Source: Squalus acanthias (Eukaryota). Taken from it: a DNA stretch of 64,000 nucleotides. Position numbers and translations under genes: made by a program. Positions 62,001 to 64,000 of this stretch are shown here, one piece after another (position 1 is the stretch's first letter; every line of letters starts with the position of its first letter). The DNA lies in contig CM059438.1 of assembly GCA_030390025.1 (NCBI GenBank), positions 47,802,001 to 47,866,000 on the forward strand, read 5' to 3'. The notes below the pieces were generated by a model. It was not told where the DNA came from and made no database searches. It worked only from the letters and a program-made list of their open reading frames with translations.

Positions 62001-62729
62001 GTAAGGGCGGCAGAAGGACATTAGTTGGGTTTTTCCAGATTTTTAAAACTCCGATTCTCAAATTGCCACTGTGGGATTTGAACACCAGTTCTCTGTTTTA
62101 TTAGTCCTGGCTTTGGGATTCCTAGCCCAGTAACATAAGCACTACACTATCGCACCCGTAAATAACACCTTTCAGTACAAAGGTACCAGATTCACTTCAG
62201 AATAGAACCTGTTTCAGCTTACAGTGTAAATGGGTCGGTAACCCTAGATGGGTAATTGGCTGTGGAAATTACATTTGTGCAGATGGATTCATTTTTAGAT
62301 CACCCCGAATGCCCTCTTTTAAACTGAAGTGAGGATGTAAAGTGCAATTTGTTTTATCTTTGATCTGTGGAGCCTATGAATGGTGTTACCAGAGAAGCTT
62401 GTACCATTTAAAGCTTGCTGAGAGTCACCTCAGGGTACTCATCAACTGTGTGAGAGCATTCATATCGTACTCTACTGTAGACTATACTGTAGCTCTTACA
62501 TAATGGGAATCAAGTGGGTCTTAAGATCATGATAAGTACAATAAAAAACATCTATATGTAACTAACGCCTTCAGAGCTGTTTTATGTTCTCCAAAATTAC
62601 ACGTACATCCTTTTTTTATTTAACAGCTAGTAATACAATCTATAACGCAAGTGCTTTGTAATATGCAGGGACTGCTCAAAATGCTTTAATGATTATCTGT
62701 TGATATCTGTATTTCTGTTTTACTTACCC

Positions 62730-64000
62730 CAGTGCTTGCTGCCTTTGTTAAGGACTCATTCACACAGGCACCATTCTCCTTCCCTTCAGAACTGCAAATC
62801 CCCATTATATCTGGCCTCTCCTCAAAAAACCCACACTCAACCCCTCCGCCTTCTCCAACTGCTGTCTGTGTTTAACCTCCTTTTCCTCTAAGATCCTTGA
62901 ACAAATCTTCACCGTCCAGCTCCTCACTCCCCTCTATCTCAATCCCCTGGTCGAATCCCTTCAGTCTGGCTTTTGCCCCACTCGCAATATCGAGAGGCTC
63001 ACCATTAAAGTCAACAACAACACCCTTGTGACTGAGACTGCAGCACATTATCCTTCCTTGTTCTCCTTAGCTTGCCCACAGCTTTCAGCGCAATTAGCTG
63101 CTCCATTGTCCCCGCCATCTCTCCACTATGGTCCACCTCCTTGGTGCTGTCCTCACACGTTTCCACCCCATCCTGTCTCAATGTTTCCCACAGTGGTCTT
63201 CTGCTCTCATCCCAGAACAGTCAACATTCAGAATGTTGTGGGTTCAAGTCCCACTCCAGACACTTGAGCACAAAAATCTAGGCTGACACTCCAGTGCAGT
63301 GTTGAGGGAGTGCTGCACTGTCTGAGGTGCTGTCTTTTGGATGAGACGTTAAACTGAGGTCCCGTCTGTCCCCTCAGGTGGACGTAAAAGATCCAATGGC
63401 ACTATTTCGAAGAAGAGCAGGGGAGTTATCCCCGGTGTCCTAGCCAATATTTATCCCTCAACCAACATCACTAAAAAAACAGATTATCTGGTCATTATCA
63501 CATTGCTGTTTGTGGGAGCTTGCTGTGCGCAAATTGGCTGCTGCGTTTCCTACATTACAACAGTGATTACACTCCAAAAAAAAAAGTACTTAATTGGCTG
63601 TAAAGCGCTTTGGGACGTCTGGCGGTCATAATAGGTGCTATATAAATGCAAGTCTTGATGACACGCAGATCTATCTCTCCACCATTACCCTCAGCTCCAC
63701 TATTGCCTCTGTGTTGTCATTTATCAGTTTGTGGATGAACCAGGACTTTTTCCCGAGTGGACTGAAGCCATCGTATTTGTCCCCTATCAAAAACTCTGCC
63801 CCTGACTCCATTCCTCGCTGGCTGCTTATCCAGGCTGAACCAGACATGGCTCAGCATCAGTATCCTGTTCGAACCCGAGTTGAGCGTCAAACCCTGTACC
63901 TTTCCATTACCAAATCTGCTTAATTGTACCCCAGCAACATCACCCAACTCTGTCTTTACCTCGCACCCTCCACTACCGCCGACACCCTTCACCCTACTTT
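62730..64000 (+). mobile_element. Decayed L2-clade LINE reverse-transcriptase region
   Basis: Frameshifted remnants of RT motifs: AAAAAACCCACACTC (KKPTL-like), AAGATCCTTGAA (KILE), CAGTCTGGCTTT (QSGF), CTTGTTCTCCTT..ACAGCTTTC (LVLLxLxxAF), GATGACACGCAGATCTATCTC (DDTQIYL). Confidence 0.75.
63226..63657 (+). mobile_element. SacSINE1-like DeuSINE nested in an L2 RT remnant
   Basis: Starts mid-head (TCAGAATGTTGTGGGTTCAAGTCCC), ends CTATATAAATGCAAGTCTT. Confidence 0.88.

Overview
Eukaryotic (vertebrate) genomic DNA, almost certainly a cartilaginous fish: the repeats resemble shark SacSINE1/DeuSINE, HER1/CR1-type LINEs, L2 tails and Penelope pLTRs. The whole window lies inside one + strand gene, ARID5B. 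Three coding exons with canonical AG/GT boundaries splice in frame (21480-21731, 58010-58128, 58807-59011; equivalent to human exons 4-6, ending in the first part of the ARID domain). A candidate 4-nt coding first exon for the short isoform lies at 54395-54398. The rest is intron, containing retroelement fragments, MITEs, two minisatellites and repeat-poor blocks that may be regulatory. Most notable: (1) a young Penelope-like insertion with a 14-bp target duplication and 232-bp inverted arms, each carrying a minimal hammerhead ribozyme, nested in a CR1; (2) a ~390-bp templated copy of intron-5 DNA pasted 30 kb away inside a SINE; (3) a second, core-mutated Penelope hammerhead nested in a MITE; (4) an unexplained CpG-rich island with several hairpins near 25.5 kb. 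No prokaryotic features, CRISPR arrays, true tRNA or rRNA genes were found. Repeat boundaries are by eye (about +/-20 bp unless stated as exact), and family names and human comparisons come from recall, not a database search.
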